Made by a program: the position numbers and the translations under genes
Notes under the pieces: generated by a model
What the model was told of the DNA's origin: nothing
Database searches by the model: none
The model's input: only the letters and a program-made list of their open reading frames with translations
Assembly (NCBI GenBank): GCA_025056115.1
Contig: JANWVM010000001.1
Span: 11,643 to 75,642 of the forward strand
Direction: 5' to 3'
Origin: Gloeomargarita sp. SKYG116
GTDB lineage: Bacteria; Cyanobacteriota; Cyanobacteriia; Gloeomargaritales; Gloeomargaritaceae
DNA length: 64,000 nt
Shown: one piece after another, positions 1-9,475 of the stretch
Position numbering within the stretch: the stretch's first letter is position 1
How the letters are laid out: each line of letters starts with the position of its first letter

Positions 1-1541
1 AACCCGTGGATATGCACGTCTCGCTGTGGGAATGGCACCTTGATATTGTACTTTTGAAAGCTCTCCACAATCCGGTAGTAGAGATCACTTTTGATACGGT
101 ACTGCTCGCGGGGTTCGCAAATCCACACCAGCAGGTCAAACATCATGGCGCTTTCGCCGAAATTCACTAACCACACCTGGGGCGCAGGATTGGCGAGGAC
201 ATCCGGGTGACGGCGGGCGGCTTCTAGTAACGCAGTACGCACCGTTTCCACCGGCGAACCGTAGGCGACTCCCACCGGTACATGCAGGCGCGAGACCGGA
301 CTGCCCAAACTCCAGTTAATCACCTGGTTGTCCACAAACCGGGAATTGGGCACGATGATAGAGACGCGGTCCAGGGTGCGAATTTCCGTGGTGCGGGTGC
401 CAATCCGTTCCACTGTGCCTTGCAAATCCCCGACGTTGATAAAATCTCCCACCTGAATCGGGCGCTCTAAGGTAATGATTAAACCGCTGATGAAGTTGTT
501 GGCTGTGTTTTGCAACCCGAAGCCAATCCCCACCCCCAGGACACTGGCTAACAGGGTCAACGAGGTTACATCTAAGCCCCAAATTTGCAACAGGATAATT
601 GACCCCAGCAACACCAGCATGTAACGGGTTAAAACGGCGACCACTTCCCGTACCCGCTGGTCAGCACCGGCTACTTGTAGTACGCGAGATTTGAGAAGTC
701 CGGCGACCGTGCCCGATAGGGTCCACAACAGCACAAATAAGACGAGAAAGGTGAGTAGGTCGAGTAACGAATAGCCCCGATTTCCCAGCGTGACAATGGG
801 AGTGGTTAGCCCCACCACTAAAGACCGCACCAAGTAGTAACGGGCAATGCGAATGGTGGGGAATAAATCGGTGAGATAGAGCAAAACAGCCAGCCATATC
901 CCGCTTTGGATGCCAATAAATCCCATCTGGCTAATCAGCCGCAGGGTGCCTTCTAGATGGGGAGCGGTGGCATGGGTTAAACGAGTGAGATACCGCACAA
1001 ACCAACGGCGGGCGGCGCTCAGCACAATATGCCCCAGTCCCGCTAGCACCAGGGTCACCACTGCAAAGACTAGCGCTTGGGAGTGATACGCCGGTGTGCG
1101 CTCTAAACGCGCTTGTTGCAAGGCATTTTGAATTTCCTGTTGCCAGATTTCGGCTTGCACCCGCGCGGACCGACCGCCTTGGCCAATATCTGCCTGGGTC
1201 ACGGTGAGGAGATGCTGGTCGTTGAGGCGCAAGGTCCACTGATTGGTACTCGGGTCGGCGACAATTTGCACGACAGGGGGTTGCTCGGGGTTGGCTTGCC
1301 ACTGGTCAATGGCTCGAGCCAAAAGTTGGTTAGCCCAGTCGGCTCGCTCCACGCCACTCAAGCTGCCCGAATCCCGCAGGTCAAACAGGGGCCGACCATC
1401 CACCACCACTGCCGCGACGCGCCGGGACAACCACTGGGGTACAGGCCGAAGTTGCGCGTTCACGGGCGTCGCCATCAGGAGCCACCACACGCCTACCACT
1501 ACGGTCGCCACCGCCAACCAGCGACGGATTCGCCCCACCAT
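1..1541 (-). CDS. MscS-family mechanosensitive ion channel; the 3' end runs off the window start
   Basis: Absent from the ORF track because its stop lies outside the window. My minus-strand translation from the ATG at 1541 (MVGRIRRWLAVATVV...) is preceded by an in-frame stop at 1554-1556 and stays open to position 1. It contains ...LERPIQVGDFINVGDLQGTVERIGTRTTEIRTLDRVSIIVPNSRF..., the MscS beta-domain signature (about 330-470). Confidence 0.85.
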   Translation of the reverse strand, partial: MVGRIRRWLAVATVVVGVWWLLMATPVNAQLRPVPQWLSRRVAAVVVDGRPLFDLRDSGSLSGVERADWANQLLARAIDQWQANPEQPPVVQIVADPSTNQWTLRLNDQHLLTVTQADIGQGGRSARVQAEIWQQEIQNALQQARLERTPAYHSQALVFAVVTLVLAGLGHIVLSAARRWFVRYLTRLTHATAPHLEGTLRLISQMGFIGIQSGIWLAVLLYLTDLFPTIRIARYYLVRSLVVGLTTPIVTLGNRGYSLLDLLTFLVLFVLLWTLSGTVAGLLKSRVLQVAGADQRVREVVAVLTRYMLVLLGSIILLQIWGLDVTSLTLLASVLGVGIGFGLQNTANNFISGLIITLERPIQVGDFINVGDLQGTVERIGTRTTEIRTLDRVSIIVPNSRFVDNQVINWSLGSPVSRLHVPVGVAYGSPVETVRTALLEAARRHPDVLANPAPQVWLVNFGESAMMFDLLVWICEPREQYRIKSDLYYRIVESFQKYNIKVPFPQRDVHIHG

Positions 1542-1583
1542 GATGGACGGTTGTCATCAAACGCACGTTATTCCCAGTGTAAC

Positions 1584-2432
1584 CTAGCCGGTTGCGGCTG
1601 CTGGTATCTCAACGGTGGTAATGGTATAGCTGCCGTAATTACACAGGCGACTGGTTTCGGGCAACAGAGCGCGAATCGCTTCCTGGATGACGGGTTGGGT
1701 TAGGGAACCTTCCAAATCGACCGAAAAAAAGTACTCCCCTAGCCCCCGCCGTGTCGGGCGTGACTCAATCCGGCTGAGATTGATCCCCCGCTGGGCAAAA
1801 TGCGTCAAGGCCCGCACCAAGGCCCCTGGCCGGTTCTCCGGCACGCTAAAGGCCAAGGTGGTATGGCTGCCCGCCGTCTGAAACTGGGAACCCACGACCC
1901 AAAACCGGGTGAGATTGTCGGCTGCTAAATCGGTTGCCAGGACGGGTAAATCGAGGGACTGGGCCGCCCGTGGCGAAACAATAGCTGCCGCTTGGGGGTC
2001 TTTCTCCACGTACTGCAAGGCTTCGGCGGTAGAACGTGTCGGCAACCAGGGGATGTGGGGCAAATGGTCTTCCAGCCAGTACTGGCATTGACCAAGCGCC
2101 TGGGGATGGGAGTACACCCGCTGAATCTGTTCAAGCTGGGCGCAACGGCTGACCAGGACATGCAGGATGGGCAAGATTAACCCCTGCTGGATGTACAGGT
2201 TGGGAAGTTGCCAGAGCATGTCCAACGTGATGCTGACGCTGCCTTCCAGGGAGTTTTCCACTGGCACGACCCCATAATCGGCTTCCCCCCGCGCCACGCT
2301 GTGCAACACCTGGGCAATGGTACTGGTGGCTAACCACTGGGGTTGGGGCCACTGCTGACCAAAGGCGTGGGCGACCGTTTCGCTGTTGGTGCCCGCCGGA
2401 CCGAGATAGGCAATGCGGGGGGAGAGAACCAT
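1584..2432 (-). CDS. pheA: prephenate dehydratase
   Basis: 282-aa ORF. N-terminal IAYLGPAGTNSE, and a C-terminal ACT region with the ESRPTRRGLGEYFFSVDLEG motif. Confidence 0.9.
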   Translation of the reverse strand: MVLSPRIAYLGPAGTNSETVAHAFGQQWPQPQWLATSTIAQVLHSVARGEADYGVVPVENSLEGSVSITLDMLWQLPNLYIQQGLILPILHVLVSRCAQLEQIQRVYSHPQALGQCQYWLEDHLPHIPWLPTRSTAEALQYVEKDPQAAAIVSPRAAQSLDLPVLATDLAADNLTRFWVVGSQFQTAGSHTTLAFSVPENRPGALVRALTHFAQRGINLSRIESRPTRRGLGEYFFSVDLEGSLTQPVIQEAIRALLPETSRLCNYGSYTITTVEIPAAATG

Positions 2433-2473
2433 TAGTGTTAAGATAAGTTACAACATCACCGGTCAAATGACCT

Positions 2474-3049
2474 ATGCTAGTTCATTTTCAGGCGCAAGAA
2501 TCCGTGACGATACCGGTGCCCCGCCAGCCGATTCCGATTGAACACTACCTGCGGCAACCCCAGCGGCTGGTCTATGCGATTGCCGACCCGCGCCAGGTGG
2601 AGGAGTTGGAAGAGCAAATCTATCGCCTGAAGATGCGCCCCCGCAATTTTTTTTCGTTCACGATTCAGCCAGTGGTGGATGTCCGGGTGTGGACGGAGCC
2701 GTCGAATATCCTGCGGTTGCAGTCGGTGGGGTGTGAAATTCGGGGCGTGCCTTACATTGACCGGCGGTTTCGCCTGAATTTGACAGGGACGTTGCAGGCG
2801 GTGCGTTCATCCCGCTGTTCGTCGCTGGTGGGTCACGCCAACTTGCAGGTGGATGTGGATGTGCCGCCCCCGCTGAACCTGATGCCCAAGCCGATGGTGG
2901 AAGCCGCGGGCAACAGTCTGCTCGCCAGTGTGCTGGGTCTCATCAAGCAGCAATTGACGCGCCAGTTGATGGCCGATTACCAGCAGTGGGTGGCTAGCAC
3001 AATGCAGGCAGAAGCAGAAGCTCACGGGACTTTGGCCTGGGAAACCTGA
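2474..3049 (+). CDS. DUF1997-family protein (cyanobacterial/plastid conserved, function unknown)
   Basis: 191-aa ORF with an ATG start. The family was recognised from the overall sequence (IPIEHYLRQPQRLVYAI...). Its 3' end overlaps rnhB convergently by 28 nt. Confidence 0.65.
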   Translation: MLVHFQAQESVTIPVPRQPIPIEHYLRQPQRLVYAIADPRQVEELEEQIYRLKMRPRNFFSFTIQPVVDVRVWTEPSNILRLQSVGCEIRGVPYIDRRFRLNLTGTLQAVRSSRCSSLVGHANLQVDVDVPPPLNLMPKPMVEAAGNSLLASVLGLIKQQLTRQLMADYQQWVASTMQAEAEAHGTLAWET

Positions 3050-3615
3050 CAGGGGCGAAACGACAACCGGTGGATGCTACTGGGGCCATAACGCTGCAAT
3101 GCCCGGCGATGGGTGGGACTGGCATAGCCTTTGTTGCGGGCTAAGTCGTAGACGGGGTATTCGTGGCTCAACTGGTCCAAGTGCTCATCGCGCCAGACTT
3201 TGGCAAGGACACTGGCAGCAGCAATGGGAATTTCCGTCTGGTCACCGTCCACGACTGTCTGCTGGGGATAGGGCAGGTCGGGAATGGGGTGGTTGCCATC
3301 CACTAGACAAATCGCGGGCGCGAGGGAAATGGCCATGACTGCCCGGCGCATGGCTAACAGCGTGGCTTGCAGGATATTGAGGGTATCGATTTCCCAGGGG
3401 TCGGCCCAGGCAATGTGCCACGCCTTGGCAATGTACTGAATGCGGGGAACCCAGGCGCGGCGTTGGTGGGGGGAAAGTTGTTTACTTTCGCGCAGTCCCA
3501 AGCGGCGGAGTTCGGTTTCCCCAGCGGCATCCAGAACCACCGCTGCACAGACCACCGGACCGCAAAGGGCGCCCCGACCGACTTCATCCACGCCCAGGCG
3601 CAGGTGGGTTAGCAT
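3022..3615 (-). CDS. rnhB: ribonuclease HII
   Basis: GVDEVGRGALCGPVV motif. I chose the internal ATG at 3615 (MLTHLRLGVDEVGRG) rather than the 254-aa ORF start at 3786, which would run through the divergent gene at 3640. Confidence 0.85.
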   Translation of the reverse strand: MLTHLRLGVDEVGRGALCGPVVCAAVVLDAAGETELRRLGLRESKQLSPHQRRAWVPRIQYIAKAWHIAWADPWEIDTLNILQATLLAMRRAVMAISLAPAICLVDGNHPIPDLPYPQQTVVDGDQTEIPIAAASVLAKVWRDEHLDQLSHEYPVYDLARNKGYASPTHRRALQRYGPSSIHRLSFRPCQVSQAKVP

Positions 3616-3639
3616 GGGGCACAGCGACCCATCCAACGT

Positions 3640-4278
3640 ATGAGTGAGTTTACCGCCTTTCACAGCACGTTTAGCGACTGTATGCCCATGTATGCGCCAG
3701 CGGCGGTGGTGGGGACGTATTTGGACGCGCATCAAGCCTGGTTCCGGCGCTGTGCTGACCCTATGCAAGCAGAACCCATCGGCCAAACCGGTTACGCCCT
3801 GAAATTAGGTCGCTTTGGTGCGCTGGGTTACGAGCTGGAACCTTGCATTGGGTTGGATTTACTGCCAGCAGACCAGCAGACCTACCGCATTCGCACCATC
3901 CCCGTGCCAGGCTTTGAACCGGAGGACTACCGGGTGGATTTTCAGGCCCGTTTGACGCTGGTGGAAACGCCAGTGCCCGCTGATGTGCAAGCAGAATTGC
4001 CCAATTTAACTGTGATGACGCGGGTGGAATGGGTGCTGGACCTAGGCGTGGAGGTACGCTTTCCCCGCTTTATTCAGGTGTTGCCAGAATCCTTAATCCA
4101 ACGGACGGGCGAGGCGCTGTTGCGGCAAGTGGTGCGGCAAATTTCCCGGCGATTGACCCGTCGGGTTCAGGAAGACTTCCACCACAGCCAGGGGTTGCCC
4201 ATGCCCCGTCCCGTCCATCAATTCCGCTGGCGCCGTCATCGTCCGGTACGCCCAAAACAGAATCAACTGACGCCGTGA
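3640..4278 (+). CDS. DUF1997-family protein (second paralog)
   Basis: 212-aa ORF with the same family feel as 2474-3049 (YLDAHQAWFRRC..., TYRIRTIPVPGFE...). Convergent 16-nt overlap with the ATPase gene. Confidence 0.6.
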   Translation: MSEFTAFHSTFSDCMPMYAPAAVVGTYLDAHQAWFRRCADPMQAEPIGQTGYALKLGRFGALGYELEPCIGLDLLPADQQTYRIRTIPVPGFEPEDYRVDFQARLTLVETPVPADVQAELPNLTVMTRVEWVLDLGVEVRFPRFIQVLPESLIQRTGEALLRQVVRQISRRLTRRVQEDFHHSQGLPMPRPVHQFRWRRHRPVRPKQNQLTP

Positions 4279-6491
4279 ATTCCCTGGACGGGTGCAGGCG
4301 GGCGCAATGTGAGTGAGTTGAGAATGACAGCGAGTGAACTGATCGCCATCAACCCGGCTGCCCAAGTGGGTGTTAACGCCCAGCCCCAGGGCAAAAACAC
4401 ACCTGCTGCTAGAGGAATTGCCACCAAATTGTACAGGAATGCCCAGGCCAGGTTCTGGTAAATCTTATCCAGCGTGCGCCGGCTCAATTCTAAAGCTGCG
4501 ACCACGTCCCGCAAGTCATTGTGAATCAAAACGATCCCAGCGCTCTCCAGGGCTACCTGCGTTCCCCGCGCCAGCGCAATACCAACATGAGCCGTTACCA
4601 ACGCCGGCGCATCGTTGCTGCCGTCCCCCACGACTGCCACCTGATGTCCTTGCTGTTGCCAGCGGGTCACCCAAGCCACCTTGTCGGCAGGCAATAGTCC
4701 TCCTTGAACCTGGTCTGGGGATAAATCTAGCGCCTGCGCCAGGTGTTGTACCACGTCCGGGCGGTCGCCGCTCAGAACCCGCACCTGCAGGCCCCGGTCT
4801 CGTAACCACTGGACCACACCTCGTGCTTCGGGTCGCACTTGGTCGCGCAGGGTTAAAATCCCCACCGGTTGACCAGCAATTTGCAGCGCCACCACCGTTT
4901 GTCCCGGTGTCAGGTCTAGCGGCAGCAGTGCCCCATCTGGCCAGCGCCCCAACTGTACAGCATGACCATCCACCTGAGCAGTAACCCCTACGCCTGGTTG
5001 AACGCGCACATCCTGAATCTCCCACTGGCGTTCTACCTGCGGCGCGCCCTGGCGAATCCCCACGGCTAGTGGATGCGTACTGCCCCATTCCAACTGCGCC
5101 GCCAACTGCCAGAGTTCTGCGGGGGTGGTCACGAGAGGATGGGGTTGTAGCAGGTGCATGGCTTCGACCTGGGGTTGACCTTGAGTGAGCGTGCCCGTTT
5201 TGTCAAAGACGACCGTATCAACGTGAACTACCTGTTCGAGGACGTCGCCGCCCCGGATTAACAGGCCCCGCTGTGCTCCCCGCGTTAATCCGACGAGAAT
5301 TGCCATTGGCGTCGCCAACCCCAGCGCACAAGGGCAAGCTACCACCAGCACGGCCACGACGCGATGAATGGCCACTAGCCAGGGATGGTCAACCTCCGGC
5401 CACCACAGCGGCGCCATTACCCCCCAAAACAGCAACGTCACTCCCGCAATGCCCAGCACCACGTAGGTAAACCAGGCAGCAATCCGGTCGGCAATTCCTT
5501 GCACTGGCGCCTTGCGGGCTTGTGCAGTCAGTACCAGGTTAATGATCTGCCCCAAGCGCGTTTCTGCCCCCGTCGCTGTGACTTGCACCACGACCGTATC
5601 GGTGAGATTGACCGTGCCGCTATAGACAGGGTCGCCAGGCCGATGCAGGACAGGCAGCGATTCTCCCGTCAGCATCGCCTGATCCACCAGCGTCGTCCCT
5701 TCCCAGATCACCCCATCCACCGGAAAGGTTTCACCGGGTTGAACTTGGACTTTCTGACCCTTTTGCACCTGCACTAGCGGCACGGGTTCCCATACGCCTT
5801 GGGAGGTCAGCAGGCGAGCGACTGGCGGTTGCAAAGCGACTAACGCTGCCAAAGCCTGACCAGCTCGTTGTCGCGCCCGCGCCTCCAAAGCCTGACCCAC
5901 TGACATTAGAGCAATCACCATCACTACTTCGTAAAAAAACCGGTCCCAGCCCCAATCGGGTCGCCACCACGCCGCCATACCGGCCATGTAAGCAACCGTG
6001 ACCCCTAACCCCACCAGGCTGTACATAGTCGGCGCCCCCGCTCGCCAGCTTTGCCAACCAGAAATGAGCATCTCTCGCCCCGGCCATCCCAGCGCCACTG
6101 TCGCCAGTAACCACTCCGTCAGGGGGTGATGCAACCAAGGCCAGTGATGGTGTCCGAACGGTAGATGTCCCAGCCCTGCCAGCGCCAGCAGCAGCAATGC
6201 CGTTAGTAAATGCCAGGTGGATGCCTGGGCTCCGCTGACTGTGGCTTGCCAAAGGGTGTGGGGCCGGCTGGGAAAGCCTTTCTGGGTCAAAAACTGAGCC
6301 AGCTTCTCCGGCACGACTTGGGTGGCATCGCCGATAACTTGGGCCTGGTGGGTGGCCAGGTTCACTGTGACCGCCAATACCCCTGGATAACTGCGCAGGT
6401 GTTGTTCGACGGCCCGCACGCAGCCAGCGCATTTCATGCCCTCAATGTCCAAAAGGATGTTCTGGGTGGTCGGCGGTGAGGATACAGTCAT
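4263..6491 (-). CDS. copper-translocating P1B-type ATPase (CtaA/PacS class)
   Basis: 742 aa. N-terminal HMA domain GMKCAGCV, TGES (LTGESLPV), CPC in ACPCALGLATP, DKTGTLT, STHPLA, and GDGSNDAPAL. Confidence 0.9.
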   Translation of the reverse strand: MTVSSPPTTQNILLDIEGMKCAGCVRAVEQHLRSYPGVLAVTVNLATHQAQVIGDATQVVPEKLAQFLTQKGFPSRPHTLWQATVSGAQASTWHLLTALLLLALAGLGHLPFGHHHWPWLHHPLTEWLLATVALGWPGREMLISGWQSWRAGAPTMYSLVGLGVTVAYMAGMAAWWRPDWGWDRFFYEVVMVIALMSVGQALEARARQRAGQALAALVALQPPVARLLTSQGVWEPVPLVQVQKGQKVQVQPGETFPVDGVIWEGTTLVDQAMLTGESLPVLHRPGDPVYSGTVNLTDTVVVQVTATGAETRLGQIINLVLTAQARKAPVQGIADRIAAWFTYVVLGIAGVTLLFWGVMAPLWWPEVDHPWLVAIHRVVAVLVVACPCALGLATPMAILVGLTRGAQRGLLIRGGDVLEQVVHVDTVVFDKTGTLTQGQPQVEAMHLLQPHPLVTTPAELWQLAAQLEWGSTHPLAVGIRQGAPQVERQWEIQDVRVQPGVGVTAQVDGHAVQLGRWPDGALLPLDLTPGQTVVALQIAGQPVGILTLRDQVRPEARGVVQWLRDRGLQVRVLSGDRPDVVQHLAQALDLSPDQVQGGLLPADKVAWVTRWQQQGHQVAVVGDGSNDAPALVTAHVGIALARGTQVALESAGIVLIHNDLRDVVAALELSRRTLDKIYQNLAWAFLYNLVAIPLAAGVFLPWGWALTPTWAAGLMAISSLAVILNSLTLRPPAPVQGIHGVS

Positions 6492-6960
6492 GGCGAACGC
6501 CTCAATGACCCCATCAGCTTTTTCTTTTTTCTAGTCTAGTCAGCCCGCCCCCAAGGCTCATGGAATCGTTAATAGAGTGTTTATGCCAACCACACAGCCG
6601 TCACAGCGCAGTCGTGTATATCCGTTGGGTCGCAGGGCAAAGTCCCGTTTATTAGATTTCTTGTGATTTCTCTGAGCAACCTAAGGGGTAACACTATTTA
6701 TGAAGCCGGTAGAGAATTTCCTGGTGAGAATGCAGAGATGATGGAAAACCAGGGGTTGGGGAGTACCTCCCTGCGACCGCTAATTGGCAATAAAGGGCCT
6801 GGCTGAAATTGCTTAGCTCATTGGGAGAAATGGTAAGGAAAACGGCTACACCCTACAGCCAACCACTTAATGTTGCGCTATATTGCGAATCAACCATCGC
6901 CAGGGATGAACCCGAAACCAAGACTCTAAAATAATAGAACGGATTTGGGGAGGCCCAGGG

Positions 6961-7443
6961 ATGACCCGGTGGCGACGCCGAGCAACACAGCCCAAAAGAA
7001 TTGCTGTTACTTACTACGCGTTGAGCAACGCCCCGGTGGAACAGATTTGGCAAAAATTGACGAATTTAGCCGATTTGTCCTGGCATCCGCTCGTCACACG
7101 CCCCTATGTCCCCTGGGGGCTTTTGCCCAAACCCGGTTTGCTATACGAGGCCGTGTTCCGCCTTTTCCCCATACGGGTGCGGATTTTTGTCGAGCGGGTG
7201 CAACAACAAAAATTGCTGAGCGTGCGCGTTTTTGCTTTGCCTGGCGTGGAAGAACGAGTAACTTACCAGGTGCAATCCACTGTTTGCGGCACCCAAATTT
7301 CTTACTCCATCACGTTGCAAGGCTGGCTGTCACCCCTGGTTTGGTCGGTTATCCGTCCCCGCGCCGCTCGCGTTGCTCGCCAGTTGGCCCAAGCTGCCGA
7401 GGGACGTTTGACCACTCCCTGGGATGGTATGTCGGTGATCTAA
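6961..7443 (+). CDS. SRPBCC/START-fold (polyketide cyclase-like) protein
   Basis: 160-aa ORF with an ATG preceded by GGGGAGG. The pattern ...PVEQIWQKLTNLADLSWHP... is typical of SRPBCC proteins. Family assignment is from memory only. Confidence 0.5.
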   Translation: MTRWRRRATQPKRIAVTYYALSNAPVEQIWQKLTNLADLSWHPLVTRPYVPWGLLPKPGLLYEAVFRLFPIRVRIFVERVQQQKLLSVRVFALPGVEERVTYQVQSTVCGTQISYSITLQGWLSPLVWSVIRPRAARVARQLAQAAEGRLTTPWDGMSVI

Positions 7444-7619
7444 GCCATCGCTTCTGGAAAGGTCTGGGCAAACTCTGCTAGCAGGTCGTCCATCTCCTCC
7501 AGCGCCTGGGTGACATCAATCCGCAGCGTGCCTAATTCCGGCTGAGCGAGGAGTTGTACAAGCACCTCTCGCTTTTGCTGAATGGCCTTGATTTTTTGCT
7601 GCAATACTTGCTTGTCCAT
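7440..7619 (-). CDS. small coiled-coil hypothetical protein (59 aa)
   Basis: Internal ATG at 7619 (MDKQVLQQKIKAIQQKREVL...). The longer 99-aa ORF would overlap the leuD 3' end. Heptad-like, charged composition. The stop overlaps the stop of 6961-7443. Confidence 0.35.
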   Translation of the reverse strand: MDKQVLQQKIKAIQQKREVLVQLLAQPELGTLRIDVTQALEEMDDLLAEFAQTFPEAMA

Positions 7620-7651
7620 GGCTCTGTTGGTGATGCGCTCTCCCTTCGACT

Positions 7652-8239
7652 CTAGGCGATTTTCGCTACCTTGTCCAGCCGCGCTGCCGTTGCCAGGATG
7701 GCTTCTCGATTGGCCAGCAATTGCCCACAGGCGTCCCAAGTGCCCTGCAGTAAGGCTCGCTGCGCCCCTAGGTCCATCTGCACCGGCCAGGTTTGCGCGT
7801 CAGTCGCCAGGGTCAGCGTCTGGATATCCAGGGTGAACGCTTGGGCAGGCTCGGCAGCAATCTGAGCTTGCAAAGTCCGAATCACATCTGGCGTTGCCGT
7901 CGCCACCGGTATGCCCAAGGCCAAACAATTGCCCGCAAAAATTTCCGCGAAACTTTCCCCAACTATGGCCCGGATACCCCAGCGGCGCAAGGCTTGGGGT
8001 GCGTGTTCCCGGCTAGACCCGCAACCAAAATTGGCATTGACAACCAAGATGGCGGCGCCCTGGTACTGGGGTTGGTCAAAGGGATGGTTCCCCTGCGCCC
8101 GGTCGTCGGCAAATACATGCGCCCCCAAACCGTCAAACGTCACACACCGCAAAAAACGGGCTGGAATAATCCGGTCTGTGTCAATGTCATTGCCGACCAG
8201 CGGGATAGCCCGACCGCTGATTTGCCAAATAGGAGTCAT
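7652..8239 (-). CDS. leuD: 3-isopropylmalate dehydratase small subunit
   Basis: 195 aa. DTDRIIPARFL and GCGSSREHAPQAL motifs. AGGAG lies upstream of the ATG. No leuC is adjacent. Confidence 0.9.
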   Translation of the reverse strand: MTPIWQISGRAIPLVGNDIDTDRIIPARFLRCVTFDGLGAHVFADDRAQGNHPFDQPQYQGAAILVVNANFGCGSSREHAPQALRRWGIRAIVGESFAEIFAGNCLALGIPVATATPDVIRTLQAQIAAEPAQAFTLDIQTLTLATDAQTWPVQMDLGAQRALLQGTWDACGQLLANREAILATAARLDKVAKIA

Positions 8240-8351
8240 GACGAACTTAGGGTGTCTCTGCTCTATTCATTCAAGCAAAAAAGGGCTTAGAGTAGAAGTA
8301 ACCACCCAAGGCTTTTACAATCAGATGACTGTAAATCTACCGAGACGCTGA

Positions 8352-8582
8352 ATGCTGATCCTTTCAGTCGCTGAGGTAGAACCAATTGGGGCTGCTTATG
8401 CTCAGGCCCAGCGCATCCGATACCGACAACAGGTGTTTGAACGCCGGTGCTCTTTTTCGCCTCATCAACGACAACAAGCCATCAAAGCCTGCCAGAAGTA
8501 TCTGGATGCCTATCCCTTTAATTGCTTGCTTGTTACTGATGCTACGGGCTACACCCTCTGGACTTATGTCGGGGAGAGCTAG
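8352..8582 (+). CDS. hypothetical protein (76 aa)
   Basis: ORF only. The composition is protein-like and no family was recognised. Confidence 0.3.
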   Translation: MLILSVAEVEPIGAAYAQAQRIRYRQQVFERRCSFSPHQRQQAIKACQKYLDAYPFNCLLVTDATGYTLWTYVGES

Positions 8583-8696
8583 CGGCGTTTTTCCGTATTT
8601 TTACGGAAGGGTGAAACAGCAGCCTTTTGTCATGATGGCAACGTGAGTCTTTTTTGACTGGTTTTTCCATGGAAGCTCGCAATTCTAGTTGTCAAC

Positions 8697-9440
8697 ATGC
8701 ACCTGCGCTTTAGCGGCTTGACCCATCCGGGCGTGGTCCGGCAGCGCAATGAGGATGCTTTTTACATAGACCCCCAGGGGCGGTTTTTCATGGTGGCTGA
8801 TGGTATGGGGGGTTATTCTGGTGGGGAGCGCGCCAGTCAACTAACGGTGGCGTTAGTGGCCATGTATCTGGATACCTACTGGGGTCGCCACCAACCACCG
8901 GTAGAAGCCATCCAACGGGCAATGATGCGAGCCAATGAACATATCCTGGCGGAACAGGCCCAAAACCCGGTGATTAAAGATATGGGTACGACGCTAGTGT
9001 TGCTGTGTCGTGGGGAGGGGCAACAGGCTTGGTTTTGCCATGTAGGCGATTCGCGGCTGTACCGGCTACGCAACCATCACTTAGAGCAATTGACGTATGA
9101 CCATACGTGGGTTGCGCAAGCCATTGCGGCGGGGGGACTGTCGCCGGCTCAGGCTCGGTCTCATCCCTGGCGCCATCTGCTAACCCAATGTTTGGGGCGC
9201 GAAGACCTGGAACCGGTGTCGGTGCAGAGCTTGACGCTGGAAGTGGGGGACTGTTATCTGCTCTGCAGTGACGGGCTGACCGAGGAAGTGCTGGATTGGC
9301 AAATTGCGGCCATCTTGCGGCGGCAGCGCTCCCCCGAGTGGGCGGTGCAGGCGTTGATTGATGCGGCTTGTCAGCGGGGCGGCCGGGACAACATCACGGC
9401 GGTGGTGGTACAAGTGGAGGCAGACAGCCCGGCGGCCTAA
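8697..9440 (+). CDS. PP2C-family Ser/Thr protein phosphatase
   Basis: 247 aa. RQRNEDAF, VADGMGGYSGGERAS, VGDSRLY, LCSDGLTE and GGRDNITAVVV. Confidence 0.85.
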   Translation: MHLRFSGLTHPGVVRQRNEDAFYIDPQGRFFMVADGMGGYSGGERASQLTVALVAMYLDTYWGRHQPPVEAIQRAMMRANEHILAEQAQNPVIKDMGTTLVLLCRGEGQQAWFCHVGDSRLYRLRNHHLEQLTYDHTWVAQAIAAGGLSPAQARSHPWRHLLTQCLGREDLEPVSVQSLTLEVGDCYLLCSDGLTEEVLDWQIAAILRRQRSPEWAVQALIDAACQRGGRDNITAVVVQVEADSPAA

Positions 9441-9475
9441 AACGCTATCGTAAAAGCTAGCGAGGAGGAGAATCG

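Noticed and set aside
1113-1703. 196-aa plus-strand ORF, and other ORFs in 282-1587
   Set aside because: They are antisense or off-frame shadows of the MscS-family gene. That gene is missing from the ORF track only because its stop lies outside the window.
3616-3786. N-terminally extended ORF versions: rnhB to 3786, nadA to 27145, rbp to 37008, nrtA2 from 55583, nrtB from 57015, glmS from 32596, pgk to 49525, hemL to 53945
   Set aside because: The extensions overlap neighbouring genes or add non-conserved residues ahead of the canonical N-termini. The internal starts have better Shine-Dalgarno spacing and match the usual family N-terminus.
4516-6432. Long ORFs inside the Cu-ATPase gene (4516-5088 and 5731-6432 on the minus strand in other frames; 4370-4984 on the plus strand)
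   Set aside because: Their compositions are Arg/Gly/Pro/Ala-rich and low-complexity, which is typical of off-frame reading in GC-rich coding DNA. The ATPase frame carries all the canonical motifs.
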